Of a stretch of 64,000 nucleotides of DNA, positions 39,727 to 49,846 are shown piece by piece. The DNA comes from Bacillaceae bacterium (lineage in GTDB: Bacteria; Bacillota; Bacilli; Bacillales; Cytobacillaceae): assembly GCA_041640555.1 (NCBI GenBank), contig JBEQAB010000016.1, positions 1,224 to 65,223 on the forward strand, read 5' to 3'. The notes under the pieces are model-generated. The model was given only the letters and a program-made list of their open reading frames with translations, searched no databases and was not told where the DNA came from. Position 1 is the stretch's first letter, and each line of letters begins with the position of its first letter. The translations under genes and the position numbers were made by a program.

Positions 39727-39741
39727 TGGAATCGTTTTCAA
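39727..39741 (-). promoter_or_regulatory. candidate CcpA cre site
   Basis: Minus strand TTGAAAACGATTCCA fits WTGNAANCGNWNNCW at every defined position; about 170 bp upstream of the LplB-like start. Confidence 0.4.
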
Positions 39742-39744
39742 AGA

Positions 39745-39779
39745 TAAAAAAAATCCCCTAGCTTATATAGCTAGAGGAT
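39745..39779 (-). terminator. terminator after the sensor-associated SBP gene
   Basis: CCTCTAGCT-atataa-GCTAGGGG then T8 on minus strand. Confidence 0.8.
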
Positions 39780-39786
39780 CCATCTG

Positions 39787-41112
39787 TTATGGTTTCTGAA
39801 ATTCCTGTATCCCTGCATTAATCTTTTCGACAGCCTCTTTGGCGGAGGTATGAACATCCTTCCCTCCGATACCGATGTCTTCAAATAAAACCCGGATAGC
39901 ATTGCTTACAACGGGATAGGCTGGAGTGACTGGACGATTTTGTGAGTGCCTAAGCGTTTGCTCGATAAAAATATTTAATGGATACTGATTCAGTTCCGGA
40001 ATATCTTTTACTACAGAGTATCTGGCCGGTAGATCACTTGTAATCGTGACATATTTCTTCATTCCCTCATATCCAGTTACGTACTTAATAAACTTCCATG
40101 CTTCGTTTGGATATTTGGACTGCGACGAGATTCCAAGTGCCCACCCTCCATTAGGAGACACCTGATACGTACCCTTCGGTAATGGCGCAACTCCAAAATC
40201 CTCCCCAAGAGTAAAATCTGCATTTCTTTCAAAGTCCTTAAGTGTCCATGAACCTAATACACTCATCGCGAGCTTTCCTTTTATAAAGTCATCTGTTCCC
40301 ATTTCTACTGACGCGACCGCTTGCTTGTGGTAAAGATCTTGGTATAATTGCAGAGCCTCAAAGGCCTTCTCTGAATCCAAATATCCACTTGCTGTTGTTG
40401 CATCAGGACTCAACACATCGGCTCCAAACTGCCACAAGAAAGGCATTTTAAAGTAGGCAGGTGCTTCGCCTTCTCCAAATCCTTGGCCAGGATCAATGCC
40501 CATGATCCCTTTTTCCGGATTAGTTACCTTTTTGGCAATCTCAATCACTTCGTCCCAAGTTAATGGTTCATCCGGATTGGGTGATGGGAAAGAAACCCCT
40601 GCTTCTTTTAGAACATGCTTATTATAAAAGAGAGCAATGCTCGATTCAGCAATAGGGGCTAAATAGATTTGGTCATTATAGCTTAACCCTCTTAAAGTGG
40701 ACGTTGGGAAGTCCTCAATATTTCCCTCACTTTTCATGTACGTATCAATAGATAAGAGTGATCCTGCATTAGCATAAAGGGCAAGTGTTGGGCTATCTAT
40801 TGCCATTATATCGGGAGGAGTTCCTGTTGCAATTTCTGTCCGGAGTCTCACTTCATAGTCGCTGTAAGGAATGGTCTTCATCTGAATATTGATATCCGGA
40901 TTCGCCTTTTCAAAGGAAGAAACTAATTCTTCATAAGCTTTATTTTCTGCATCATTTCCTCTGTTTCTCCAAAACGTTAGCAAGGTCTTTTGCACAGCCT
41001 TTGGTTGTGCCTCTTTCTCTTCTTTTCCATCCGGTTGAAGGAGGAAAAAAATAATGACCAACAGGGCAAGAAAAATAACGAAAGATAGAAGGTAAGCCAT
41101 TCGTTTATCCAT
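39787..41112 (-). CDS. family-1 solute-binding protein with uncleaved N-terminal TM anchor (sensor-associated)
   Basis: 441 aa. N-terminus MAYLLSFVIFLALLVIIFFLL has no lipobox Cys. Co-oriented directly behind the YesM/YesN-like pair. Confidence 0.75.
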   Translation of the reverse strand: MDKRMAYLLSFVIFLALLVIIFFLLQPDGKEEKEAQPKAVQKTLLTFWRNRGNDAENKAYEELVSSFEKANPDINIQMKTIPYSDYEVRLRTEIATGTPPDIMAIDSPTLALYANAGSLLSIDTYMKSEGNIEDFPTSTLRGLSYNDQIYLAPIAESSIALFYNKHVLKEAGVSFPSPNPDEPLTWDEVIEIAKKVTNPEKGIMGIDPGQGFGEGEAPAYFKMPFLWQFGADVLSPDATTASGYLDSEKAFEALQLYQDLYHKQAVASVEMGTDDFIKGKLAMSVLGSWTLKDFERNADFTLGEDFGVAPLPKGTYQVSPNGGWALGISSQSKYPNEAWKFIKYVTGYEGMKKYVTITSDLPARYSVVKDIPELNQYPLNIFIEQTLRHSQNRPVTPAYPVVSNAIRVLFEDIGIGGKDVHTSAKEAVEKINAGIQEFQKP

Positions 41113-41116
41113 CTGT

Positions 41117-42721
41117 TCATATCCTTCCTATTTTTTCTTCGAATGACTGACGAAAATCTACAGGTGTTTGCTGAAAATGCTTTTTAAAAACTGTACTAAA
41201 GTAACCAGAGTTCGAATAACCAACCAAATTGGCCACATCAATGATTTTAAGCTGCTTGTCCTTCAAAAATTCCTTTGCTTTTTCCATTCTTACATTTAGA
41301 AGATAGTCGCTAAAATTTTGTCCCACTTGATGTTTAAAGGTTTCTGACAAATGAGCGCTATTAATATGAAACATTTCCGATAAAAAGGTAAGAGAGATTT
41401 CATTGGCATAATGCTGATCCAAGTACTGACGAACACCCTCAATAATCAATTTTCCATTCGAAAATCGAGCCGTTCTTACTTTTTCAATAATCAGTTGGCC
41501 TAACTCTGTTAGCTGTTCAATCACTTTAGCGAAAGAATTCAATTCCCAAATACTTTGCTGACACCCCCACATCATGCTCTGAACGTCGCTTGTTTCCATA
41601 TCATATTTACGGGCAGCTGATCCTAATAAAAATAGTACCCGGTTCGAGAGGAAGGAAAAGGCCATGATGGACTGAGCTTCGTTTTTTCCTAAAAGAGTCT
41701 CTAGATTTGCCTTAAATAATCCTAAGTTGGCCGTTTCTACCGCATTCATCAATTTTCTTTCCATATCTGACGAAAATTCAAAATCGTCTTCCTGTAAATG
41801 AGACGCATCCATAATCTGAGAACGAGGACCTAATTGGCTCTTGCTCCAAGCAAGTAAACTAGAAATATACCCATTTTTCAGGTTAGCTACTCCCTTTACC
41901 ACACTGCCCAAGCCAATCACGGTCTCTAAATGAAGTAGATTTTGTACATTTTTCTGAATATCTCGGACCAGGCTTGGAAGCATAACCTGTTCCTTGTCTA
42001 TAACCATTAAAAAATGAATCATATTCGCGTAACTAGGGTCATAAAACGGATACAATCCCTTCTCACCTCGTGCGATTTCTTTGCACATCATTTGAAAAGG
42101 GAGCCATAATTCTTTTAACCGATGTGCTTGCTCGTTTTTATCCCTGATTTCAACTGTTATAAAACGAAATTCTCTACTATCACTTGCCATGTCTTCTAAA
42201 TGAAGTTGGCGAAGTCTTTCTTTAACCATTGATGCCTTCGTCCACTCTTCCTTTACTAGGTAAAGCAAATATTGTTCTTGTACTTCTTGGAGGTGGCTCA
42301 TGGCGAGATGTCTCATTTGGGCAGCTTCTGCCTGCTTTTTCTTCTCTTCTTCTGTTTCTTTGCGGATTTTTCTTAAAGCTTCTTCTAGTTCATCGGGAGC
42401 AACAGGTTTTAATAAATAATCCTTTACTCCCTTTTGCATGGAACCTCTGACGTATTCAAAATCAGAGTATCCTGACAGCACAATCACTTTCACCTGTGGA
42501 AATTCTTCAAAGCAGCATTTTGCGAATTCAAGACCATCCATAATTGGCATTCTCATATCAGTGATGACAACGTCTGTCTTCATCGTTCGCAACCATTCTA
42601 AGGCTTCTTTTCCATTAGATGCTTCTCCAATGATTTCAAATCCCTCTTCTTCCCAATCAATCTTCATCCGAAGCCCCATTCGCACTTGCTTTTCGTCATC
42701 TGTGATGAGTACCTTCAGCAT
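41117..42721 (-). CDS. response regulator with AraC-type HTH output (YesN-like)
   Basis: 534 aa. REC domain (VLITDDE, VVITDMRMP, KP) and a C-terminal AraC HTH. Confidence 0.85.
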   Translation of the reverse strand: MLKVLITDDEKQVRMGLRMKIDWEEEGFEIIGEASNGKEALEWLRTMKTDVVITDMRMPIMDGLEFAKCCFEEFPQVKVIVLSGYSDFEYVRGSMQKGVKDYLLKPVAPDELEEALRKIRKETEEEKKKQAEAAQMRHLAMSHLQEVQEQYLLYLVKEEWTKASMVKERLRQLHLEDMASDSREFRFITVEIRDKNEQAHRLKELWLPFQMMCKEIARGEKGLYPFYDPSYANMIHFLMVIDKEQVMLPSLVRDIQKNVQNLLHLETVIGLGSVVKGVANLKNGYISSLLAWSKSQLGPRSQIMDASHLQEDDFEFSSDMERKLMNAVETANLGLFKANLETLLGKNEAQSIMAFSFLSNRVLFLLGSAARKYDMETSDVQSMMWGCQQSIWELNSFAKVIEQLTELGQLIIEKVRTARFSNGKLIIEGVRQYLDQHYANEISLTFLSEMFHINSAHLSETFKHQVGQNFSDYLLNVRMEKAKEFLKDKQLKIIDVANLVGYSNSGYFSTVFKKHFQQTPVDFRQSFEEKIGRI

Positions 42722-44493
42722 CTCGGGTCACCTCCACTATCCTTAATACACAGCTGGATTTTTGTCCCTATCCCCTTGGTAGAATCAATTTGATAAGAAA
42801 AGTTCTCCCCGTAGTAAAGCTTTAATCGACCGAGGACATTTCTGAGACCAATACTCGTCCCCTTACTTTGGAGAACACTTGTTGATTCTTTTGTATCTTC
42901 CTGATGAAGAAGATCAACTAATAAATCATCCGACATTCCCACACCTTTATCTTCCACTATCAATAGTAATTGGTCATCAAGCATTTTTGTTTGGATAAAG
43001 ATATCAGCATAACTTTTCTCACTAAAGCTATATTTCACTGCATTTTCCACTAGTGGCTGGAGGATAAATTTAATCATGGGATGGTGCTTGGCAAAGCTAT
43101 CTTCCTCAATCGTAATAGAAATGGTGTCCATATATCTCATCTTTAAAATATTGGTATAACTGCGAATATAGCTCATTTCTTCCCCTAAAGTGACCTCGTC
43201 ATTATGAGTATTTAGAGAATACCTCATCATTCGTCCTAAATAAACGCTAACATTCATCACTTCTCTATTTTTCCCTTGAGCTGCCAAACCACCGATGATT
43301 TCAAGCGTATTATTCATAAAATGAGGGTTAATCTGTAACAACAAGGCTTTGTATTCTGCATCTTTCCTCCGAATATTTGCCTCATATTCGGTCTCAATTC
43401 TAGTTTTAAGTTGATCGACTGTATGTCCAAATACATTTACTAGATAACCAACTTCATTGTTTTGAGATTTAATCGTTGGCATAAACCGCTTAGCACCGGC
43501 AAAATCTCCTCTTTCGATAAACCCCATTGCTTTTGCTAACTTCCCTAAGGGACTGACAATATTGGATGAAAGCATGTACGAGGCCAAAATAGTAAGTAGG
43601 AAAACAAATCCAGAGATCGTAAGCATGCGATGGCGCAGATCGTTCGCCTTTGAAAATAAGTCTGACTTCGTTACTTCACTAAGTAAAATCCAACCACCAA
43701 CAGATAATTTTTGATAAAACACGAAGTATGTTTCATTGTTCAACTTTACTTCTATTAATCCATTATTTTCTTTACTATTTTTGATTTTTGTTAAGCTAGT
43801 CGAAAGCACCCGTTTCGGTGTAGAAATCTCCCCTGTTAATACATTCTCTCCTCTTCTATTTAACAAATAGGCATGTCCATTTTGTCCAATCTTGTTTTTA
43901 TTTAAAGCCGTCTCAAGCAATTCAGTTGGAAAATTCACCTTAATGATGCCATAGGACGCAAGTGTATTCATATCTATCAATGGTGATATATAACTATTAA
44001 TCTTCCCTGGAGTGGGTTGATAGGGATCCGTATGGGATGCGACAAACGAGGTTCCATCCCTCATATATTCCTTATACCAGTTTTCCTGCTTTAAAAGGGG
44101 GTTGTTTCCCCATGCTCCCGTACCATCATTGAGCATCACCCCGATGGACATTCCATTAGAGTTATTAACCGTCATCGAAGCAAGAAGACTCTTCATTTGA
44201 TTCCTGATTAGTAATCTTTGATTTTTGGTCACATCCGATGAAACATTATCTGTCTTCATCCACTGCAAAGTCGTTGGATTAACGAGAGTTTGTTTTCCTA
44301 AATCCTCCGCCTGAGTCGTAATCGATTGGATATACAACGAATATTGATCCATCATCTCCACGGTTAAATCCTGAGTCTGCTCTTCAATGACAGAAGAAAA
44401 CCAACTTGGAACTAAGAAGGAGAAGACGACAAATGGAATGGTTAACAAACAGGTAAAAACCAAAAATAAACGATTACGTAATGAAAAGAACAT
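42715..44493 (-). CDS. sensor histidine kinase (YesM-like, LytS/His_kinase type)
   Basis: Two TM segments flanking an extracellular domain, HAMP, NPHFMNNTLE H-box, HATPase. Start moved to ATG 44493 (AGGAGGTGG RBS). Confidence 0.85.
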   Translation of the reverse strand: MFFSLRNRLFLVFTCLLTIPFVVFSFLVPSWFSSVIEEQTQDLTVEMMDQYSLYIQSITTQAEDLGKQTLVNPTTLQWMKTDNVSSDVTKNQRLLIRNQMKSLLASMTVNNSNGMSIGVMLNDGTGAWGNNPLLKQENWYKEYMRDGTSFVASHTDPYQPTPGKINSYISPLIDMNTLASYGIIKVNFPTELLETALNKNKIGQNGHAYLLNRRGENVLTGEISTPKRVLSTSLTKIKNSKENNGLIEVKLNNETYFVFYQKLSVGGWILLSEVTKSDLFSKANDLRHRMLTISGFVFLLTILASYMLSSNIVSPLGKLAKAMGFIERGDFAGAKRFMPTIKSQNNEVGYLVNVFGHTVDQLKTRIETEYEANIRRKDAEYKALLLQINPHFMNNTLEIIGGLAAQGKNREVMNVSVYLGRMMRYSLNTHNDEVTLGEEMSYIRSYTNILKMRYMDTISITIEEDSFAKHHPMIKFILQPLVENAVKYSFSEKSYADIFIQTKMLDDQLLLIVEDKGVGMSDDLLVDLLHQEDTKESTSVLQSKGTSIGLRNVLGRLKLYYGENFSYQIDSTKGIGTKIQLCIKDSGGDPRC

Positions 44494-44723
44494 TTCCCAC
44501 CTCCTCATGCAAGAAAACCCTTACAGATAGTTCTTATACCCAATTTAGCATATCGCGGTATTTTGGAACATAGGAACTTAAAAAGAAAAAAGACTTCCTT
44601 GACATACTAAGGGATTCCATTCTGAGGCTTTTCTTAAAATACATCGTATTGGCATCGTTATTGGTAGATAAAAAAATAAAACTCGCCATAGTGAATGAAG
44701 TGGCGAGTTTCAGCAAAGTAAAC

Positions 44724-44911
44724 TAAGCGGAGTTTTTCCGGTTAGATTTAGAATAGAGCCCGTTTCTGGGTAAATAAGGGGAGATTTTCCGTTTATGGAA
44801 GCAAAATCAGCCCATTTTCACATTTTCTGAGTCAATAGACGGAATTTCTCCGTCTATTGAAGTCATTTTTAGCCGTATTCGCTAATTAAGCGGAATTCTT
44901 CCGTCTATTTA
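44724..44911 (+). repeat. four degenerate ~52-60-bp direct repeats around a GCGGAAnTTnTTCCGTCTATT core
   Basis: Cores at 44724-44750, 44775-44800, 44835-44860 and 44887-44911, each followed by an AGCCCRTTT-like sub-motif. Confidence 0.7.
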
Positions 44912-44985
44912 TCCCTCGGTTGCGTAACCTGATTCCCCAACAGATAAGGGCGAACCCTTGTCATCCTAGATGCGGGAATCTTATA

Positions 44986-45447
44986 TTAATGATGGTGATC
45001 ATGGCCTTCCTCTTTTTCTGGAAGATCTTTTTGTAAGTATTCTAACTCACTCTTCGAAAGCTCTCCAACAACGATTTGGACCTGTGGCATGATGATTGCG
45101 TCACCCTTACTTGCATGAATCTTTATATAATAAAGCCCGTCACGGTCAAACGTTTTGTTTATTCCATAAGTTCCTTCTTCAAGTACACTCGGTTGTTCAG
45201 CCGTAGCATGGATGACGTCAGCGTGTTTCCACATTTCAAATTCCACGGAATCTACTTCATCTACTTTTTTTCCATCTTGAGTAAGAATGACCTTGATTGG
45301 CACTGGTTCCTCACTCGTTATCGTTTCAGGTAGAATAACTTCTGCATGAAGGGGTTGTTCTTGCAAATATAACTCAGCAGCATCCTCTTTAAGAGAACAT
45401 CCACCAAGTAACAAACCAAAAATTGTGATTAAAAATACCTTTTTCAT
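44986..45447 (-). CDS. YtkA/FixH-like lipoprotein with His-rich C-terminus
   Basis: 153 aa from ATG 45447; lipobox LLLGGC; C-terminal EEGHDHHH. Confidence 0.6.
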   Translation of the reverse strand: MKKVFLITIFGLLLGGCSLKEDAAELYLQEQPLHAEVILPETITSEEPVPIKVILTQDGKKVDEVDSVEFEMWKHADVIHATAEQPSVLEEGTYGINKTFDRDGLYYIKIHASKGDAIIMPQVQIVVGELSKSELEYLQKDLPEKEEGHDHHH

Positions 45448-45466
45448 CGTTCCATCCCCCTTGTTG

Positions 45467-46834
45467 CTACGCATGTAAAAACCTCTTCAAGAATGGGATT
45501 CTTTTAATCAATAACACATCCATCAGAAAAATGACAATCAGGGACAAACCAACCAAAGGAAACAGAATACCCAAACCTATTAAAACGACTAAAAATAGCT
45601 TCATATTTTTGATACTAGTCGATTTTGGTGCGCCCATACTCTTACTCGGCTTCCGCTTCAGCCATAAATAAAATCCACTAACGGCAACAAGGATGATTCC
45701 TAAGCAAATAAGAAGACTTGCCAACTGATTGATTAACCCAAATTGTGTTCCTTTATGCAAGGTTATCCCTAGGGCAACAACTTGTCCAATAAAACCATAA
45801 TGTTCAAATCGATAGTCAGTTAACACCGCACCTGAATATTGATCAATATGCATCGTGATCTCGTCTTCAGCTTTTGGCGGGAAAGCGGATAAAGTGTACA
45901 CTCCCGTTGGTTCTTTTGGAAGAAATACTGTATAACTAGGGTGTACGCCTTCACGGTTCGCAATCTGAACCACATCATCGATCGACACTGGGATAAAACC
46001 TTGTACTTCTGAAACTGGGACATCTAATGTTTCAGCTGCCCATGGAACCTCCGCAATATCTTTTGTAACGGTCGAGACTGGTGCATTTCCTACCCAAACG
46101 GAAGGGGGATATCCTGCCCCCGAGTTCGTAGCAATCGTTTGAAATTGAGTTCCCCAAAACCCTGACCACGGTAACCCAGTCATGACCAAAAATAACATTC
46201 CTGCGGTTATCCAAAAAGCAGGAACAACATGTAGGTCCCTAGCTAAAATACTTCTTCCTTTATTCCATCTCATATAGAGGACACCTGACATATTCGGCTT
46301 CTTTCTAGGAAGCCATAAATAAAGGCCTGTAACCATCAACACGATGGTCCAGCATGCAGCTAATTCTACTATTCTATCTCCAATGGTTCCCATCATTAAT
46401 TCGCCGTGAAATTCCTCTATTTTATCCATGATGCGATCTTCACTATTTAATTCACCTATGGATTTTCCCGTATACGGATCAACAAAGACGGTTACTGATT
46501 GATCATTTACTGTGAGACCTACCTCGCTCGAACGTGTAGCATTTTCTCCCGGCCGATACTTAGATATCACTGCGTCAGGATATAGCCTTTTTACTTCTTC
46601 TATTTGTTGCGATGCCGGAATTTTTTCACCCTGTGGCGTAACCTCGAATAAATCTTGATATATCACCTGTTCGATCTGTGGCTTAAATAAATAGATAGAA
46701 CCCGTTACAGCAAGAATGATTAAGAAAGGCGCAACAATAATCCCAGCATAAAAATGCCATCTCCACACTGCCCGGTAAAGAGATGATTTTTGTTGGACGT
46801 CTGATTTCGTTGTTGTGTTAATAACCGTTTCCAC
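45467..46834 (-). CDS. PepSY-associated TM-helix protein (PiuB-like)
   Basis: 455 aa. N-terminal YRAVWRWHFYAGI is typical of PepSY_TM proteins; GTG start 7 nt after AAGGAGA. Confidence 0.75.
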   Translation of the reverse strand: METVINTTTKSDVQQKSSLYRAVWRWHFYAGIIVAPFLIILAVTGSIYLFKPQIEQVIYQDLFEVTPQGEKIPASQQIEEVKRLYPDAVISKYRPGENATRSSEVGLTVNDQSVTVFVDPYTGKSIGELNSEDRIMDKIEEFHGELMMGTIGDRIVELAACWTIVLMVTGLYLWLPRKKPNMSGVLYMRWNKGRSILARDLHVVPAFWITAGMLFLVMTGLPWSGFWGTQFQTIATNSGAGYPPSVWVGNAPVSTVTKDIAEVPWAAETLDVPVSEVQGFIPVSIDDVVQIANREGVHPSYTVFLPKEPTGVYTLSAFPPKAEDEITMHIDQYSGAVLTDYRFEHYGFIGQVVALGITLHKGTQFGLINQLASLLICLGIILVAVSGFYLWLKRKPSKSMGAPKSTSIKNMKLFLVVLIGLGILFPLVGLSLIVIFLMDVLLIKRIPFLKRFLHA

Positions 46835-46918
46835 TTATATATCTCCTTCTTAAATAATGTCATTTTCATTACCGTAACCAAGTTTACCGTTCAATTGTGA
46901 TATAAGTATGAAGTTTAT

Positions 46919-46951
46919 AAAAAAAGGATAGAATCTACACAGATTCCATCC
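46919..46951 (-). terminator. rho-independent terminator
   Basis: GGATGGAATCT-gtgt-AGATTCTATCC then T7 on minus strand. Confidence 0.8.
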
Positions 46952-46960
46952 CTTTTACTT

Positions 46961-47740
46961 CTATAAAAGCCCCACCATTTTCAGTCCGTGAAGAATACCA
47001 TCTTCTTCAACTGATTTGGTAACGAACCTAGCTACTTCTTTTACTTGTTCCTCTCCATTTCCCATAGCTACGCTGTTTTTCACTGTGGAGAGCATTTCCA
47101 AATCATTAAGTCCATCACCAAAAGCATATTGACTTTCAGCTGGAAATCCAAGAGCATCTACGATTTTTTGGATCCCTCTTGCTTTTGATCCACCCTTTGG
47201 CACGATGTCTAAGGAAACAGGATGCCATCGGACAAAATCAAACGCATCATATTGCTCCGCGTATTGCTTTTCCTCCCCTTCAGTACAGAAAAGTAGGGTT
47301 TGATACAAGTCACGACCTTTGTAATAGTGAGGATCATGTGTAGGAAATCGATCAATTTTTAACGTATCAATGCTCTGTTTAATATAGTCATGCTCTGGTA
47401 CGTTGGCTCTCATATCTTCATGGTCCATAAACACAACGGGATGATCATTCTCAAGAGCAGCAGCAGTTAATTTTTCGAGTGACTCAATATGTAATGGATT
47501 TGTATGTAAGACATTACCATTTAATACAACATACTGACCGTTATAGCTTACATATGTATGAATGTCCAACTCTTGTCTCAAATCTTCAAACATAAAAGGA
47601 GCTCTTCCTGTAGCAATCGCTACCTCATGGCCCAGCTCTTTCAATGAGAAAATCGCTTTTTTTGTTGAAGCAGGTAACTCTTTGTTATGGGTAAGTAAGG
47701 TTCCGTCGATATCAAAAAAAATCACACTACGATTTGTCAT
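46961..47740 (-). CDS. Cof-type HAD-IIB phosphatase
   Basis: 259 aa; FFDIDGTL motif I, GDGLND motif. Confidence 0.85.
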   Translation of the reverse strand: MTNRSVIFFDIDGTLLTHNKELPASTKKAIFSLKELGHEVAIATGRAPFMFEDLRQELDIHTYVSYNGQYVVLNGNVLHTNPLHIESLEKLTAAALENDHPVVFMDHEDMRANVPEHDYIKQSIDTLKIDRFPTHDPHYYKGRDLYQTLLFCTEGEEKQYAEQYDAFDFVRWHPVSLDIVPKGGSKARGIQKIVDALGFPAESQYAFGDGLNDLEMLSTVKNSVAMGNGEEQVKEVARFVTKSVEEDGILHGLKMVGLL

Positions 47741-47892
47741 TAACTCTCCAACTTTCCATGTAGATTATTGTTTTATTTTATCAGTTTGTTATGTTTTTAC
47801 AACCACAGCCTATTGGTGGGTTCTTCTAATTTCTTGTTATTTTTAGCACATTGTTTTACACTGATTCCATTCCAATTGATGGAGGTTTATTC

Positions 47893-49032
47893 TTGAATCT
47901 TATACTTAACCAGTTAAAAAAATGGACTTACAAACAAAAAGTGATGTACCTATTATTAGCTCTTTGTTTTGTATCTTCCGTAGTTTTTGTGAATAACAAT
48001 TACTCATTCTATGAACGCCCGATAGCGAAGGTCATAGAGACCAAACTAGAAGATACCACCAAAGTAACGGACATGCATAATAATGAAGATCAACTATTCA
48101 CACAACAAATAGTAGCTGAATTAAAAAATGGAGAGAAAAAAGGGGAGCTAATCCAATTAACCAATCAATATTCCGCTTCAGGAGCTTATGACCAAGAATA
48201 TCAGGTTGGAAATGAACTGTTTGTTTGGGTGGATAAAAATACCAATGAAGATGAGGAATTAACGGGAAGCATCAAAAACGTAAAACGCGATAAATTCGTG
48301 CTGATCGTAGCATGGATTTTTATCTTTACTTTGCTTATTGTTGGAAAAAAGCAAGGGCTGTTTTCCATTGTCAGCTTAGCAGTCAATGCCATTATCCTCT
48401 CATATGCTTTAGATATGTATATAAAAACATCAGCCATCAGCTTGTTAGTCGCTTGCTGTATCAGTGCGATTTTATTTACTGCCATCTCTTTGTTACTCGT
48501 TAATGGTTTTAATGAAAAAACCTATGCAGCAGTCATAGCCACCCTTGTAACAACCTTTATTTCTTTATTGATAGCATATCTAGTCCTGTGGCTAACTTCT
48601 GAAGAAGGCCTTCGTTACGAAGAAATGCAGTTTCTTACTCGTCCTCCTCAAACGGTATTTATGGCGGGAATATTAGTTGGCTCTCTAGGTGCTGTAATGG
48701 ATGTAGCCATTACAATGTCTTCTTCTATCTTTGGGTTGTACGAAAAAAACAACCATATATCAATAAAAGCACTTAAAGCTTCTGGAATGGAAATCGGTAA
48801 AGACGTGATGGGAACAATGACCAATATATTGTTCTTCGCGTATATAAGTGGATCTATCCCGATGCTCATCTTGTATATGAAAAATGGTTCTCCACTAGGA
48901 TACACCCTTTCCATGAATCTTTCCCTGGAATTAGCTAGGGCCCTAGCTGGTGGAATCGGAATTGTATTGGCGATTCCGATTGGTCTATATATTTCTATCT
49001 TTTTTGTAAATCGAAAGAGGGCAAAATCATGA
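47893..49032 (+). CDS. YibE/F-family membrane protein
   Basis: In-frame TTG 47893, 7 nt after GGAGG. One N-terminal TM, an extracytoplasmic domain, then a multi-TM region. Confidence 0.65.
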   Translation: MNLILNQLKKWTYKQKVMYLLLALCFVSSVVFVNNNYSFYERPIAKVIETKLEDTTKVTDMHNNEDQLFTQQIVAELKNGEKKGELIQLTNQYSASGAYDQEYQVGNELFVWVDKNTNEDEELTGSIKNVKRDKFVLIVAWIFIFTLLIVGKKQGLFSIVSLAVNAIILSYALDMYIKTSAISLLVACCISAILFTAISLLLVNGFNEKTYAAVIATLVTTFISLLIAYLVLWLTSEEGLRYEEMQFLTRPPQTVFMAGILVGSLGAVMDVAITMSSSIFGLYEKNNHISIKALKASGMEIGKDVMGTMTNILFFAYISGSIPMLILYMKNGSPLGYTLSMNLSLELARALAGGIGIVLAIPIGLYISIFFVNRKRAKS

Positions 49033-49796
49033 ATGCATTATTCTGTCTAGCAGTGATTTTATTTATTCTAATGGTAGTGATAGGTGGAAAAAAAGGAGCA
49101 AAGTCTTTTATTGCCTTATTTTTAAACTTTGCTGTCCTCCTTTTGACCATCCTTATCATGACAGATCCAAGTGCAAACCCAATTATTCTAACCTTAATTG
49201 CCTGTGCAATCATTAGTTGTATTAATCTCTTTTTTATCAATGAAGTAAACAATAAAACCATCACTGCCTTTGTTTCTACGATCATCACCTTGGCTATTTT
49301 GCTATTTTTCATTATGGTTGTCACAGAGAAATCAATGATTCAAGGATTTGGAGAAGAAGAAACAGAAGAACTTAGCATGTTCTCTTTATATTTAGGAGTC
49401 GACTTTGTAAAGATTGGGGCCGCCATGATTATTATGAGTACGATAGGAGCCATTATTGATGTGGCCATTTCCATTGCTTCTCCTATGCGCGAGCTCTACA
49501 ATCATCATCAGGAGGTTAGTCGGAAGGAATTATTTTCATTTGGAATCAGCATTGGTAGAGATATACTCGGAACCAATACAAATACATTATTTTTTGCCTT
49601 CTTTGGCGGGTACTTAGCTATGCTCATTTGGTTTAAAGACCTATCTTACTCCCTAGGAGACATTGTCAATTCAAAAATATTCAGTTCAGAGATGATCAAC
49701 ATCCTTTGTGCTGGAATAGGCGTAGCCTTGATTATTCCGATTACCTCATGGATCACTGCATATTATTTAGATAAAACAAGAGAAAAATCTCATTAA
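49029..49796 (+). CDS. YibE/F-family membrane protein
   Basis: 255 aa multi-TM paralog, ATGA overlap with the preceding gene. Confidence 0.65.
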   Translation: MNALFCLAVILFILMVVIGGKKGAKSFIALFLNFAVLLLTILIMTDPSANPIILTLIACAIISCINLFFINEVNNKTITAFVSTIITLAILLFFIMVVTEKSMIQGFGEEETEELSMFSLYLGVDFVKIGAAMIIMSTIGAIIDVAISIASPMRELYNHHQEVSRKELFSFGISIGRDILGTNTNTLFFAFFGGYLAMLIWFKDLSYSLGDIVNSKIFSSEMINILCAGIGVALIIPITSWITAYYLDKTREKSH

Positions 49797-49846
49797 AAAG
49801 TGGGCTTCGTGTACATAGGTACACCAAAAGCCCTTCTTTTTTTACA

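Noticed and set aside
44534-44716. 60-aa minus-strand ORF upstream of the kinase gene
   Set aside because: Low-complexity AT-rich translation with no RBS, lying in the probable promoter and leader region.
46855-46871. TAATGAAAATGACATTA as a Fur/PerR/Zur-type box upstream of the PepSY gene
   Set aside because: Only the 5-bp ends are symmetric. The core does not match the TAAT-N-ATTA centre of the 7-1-7 Fur-family consensus, so it is too weak to call.
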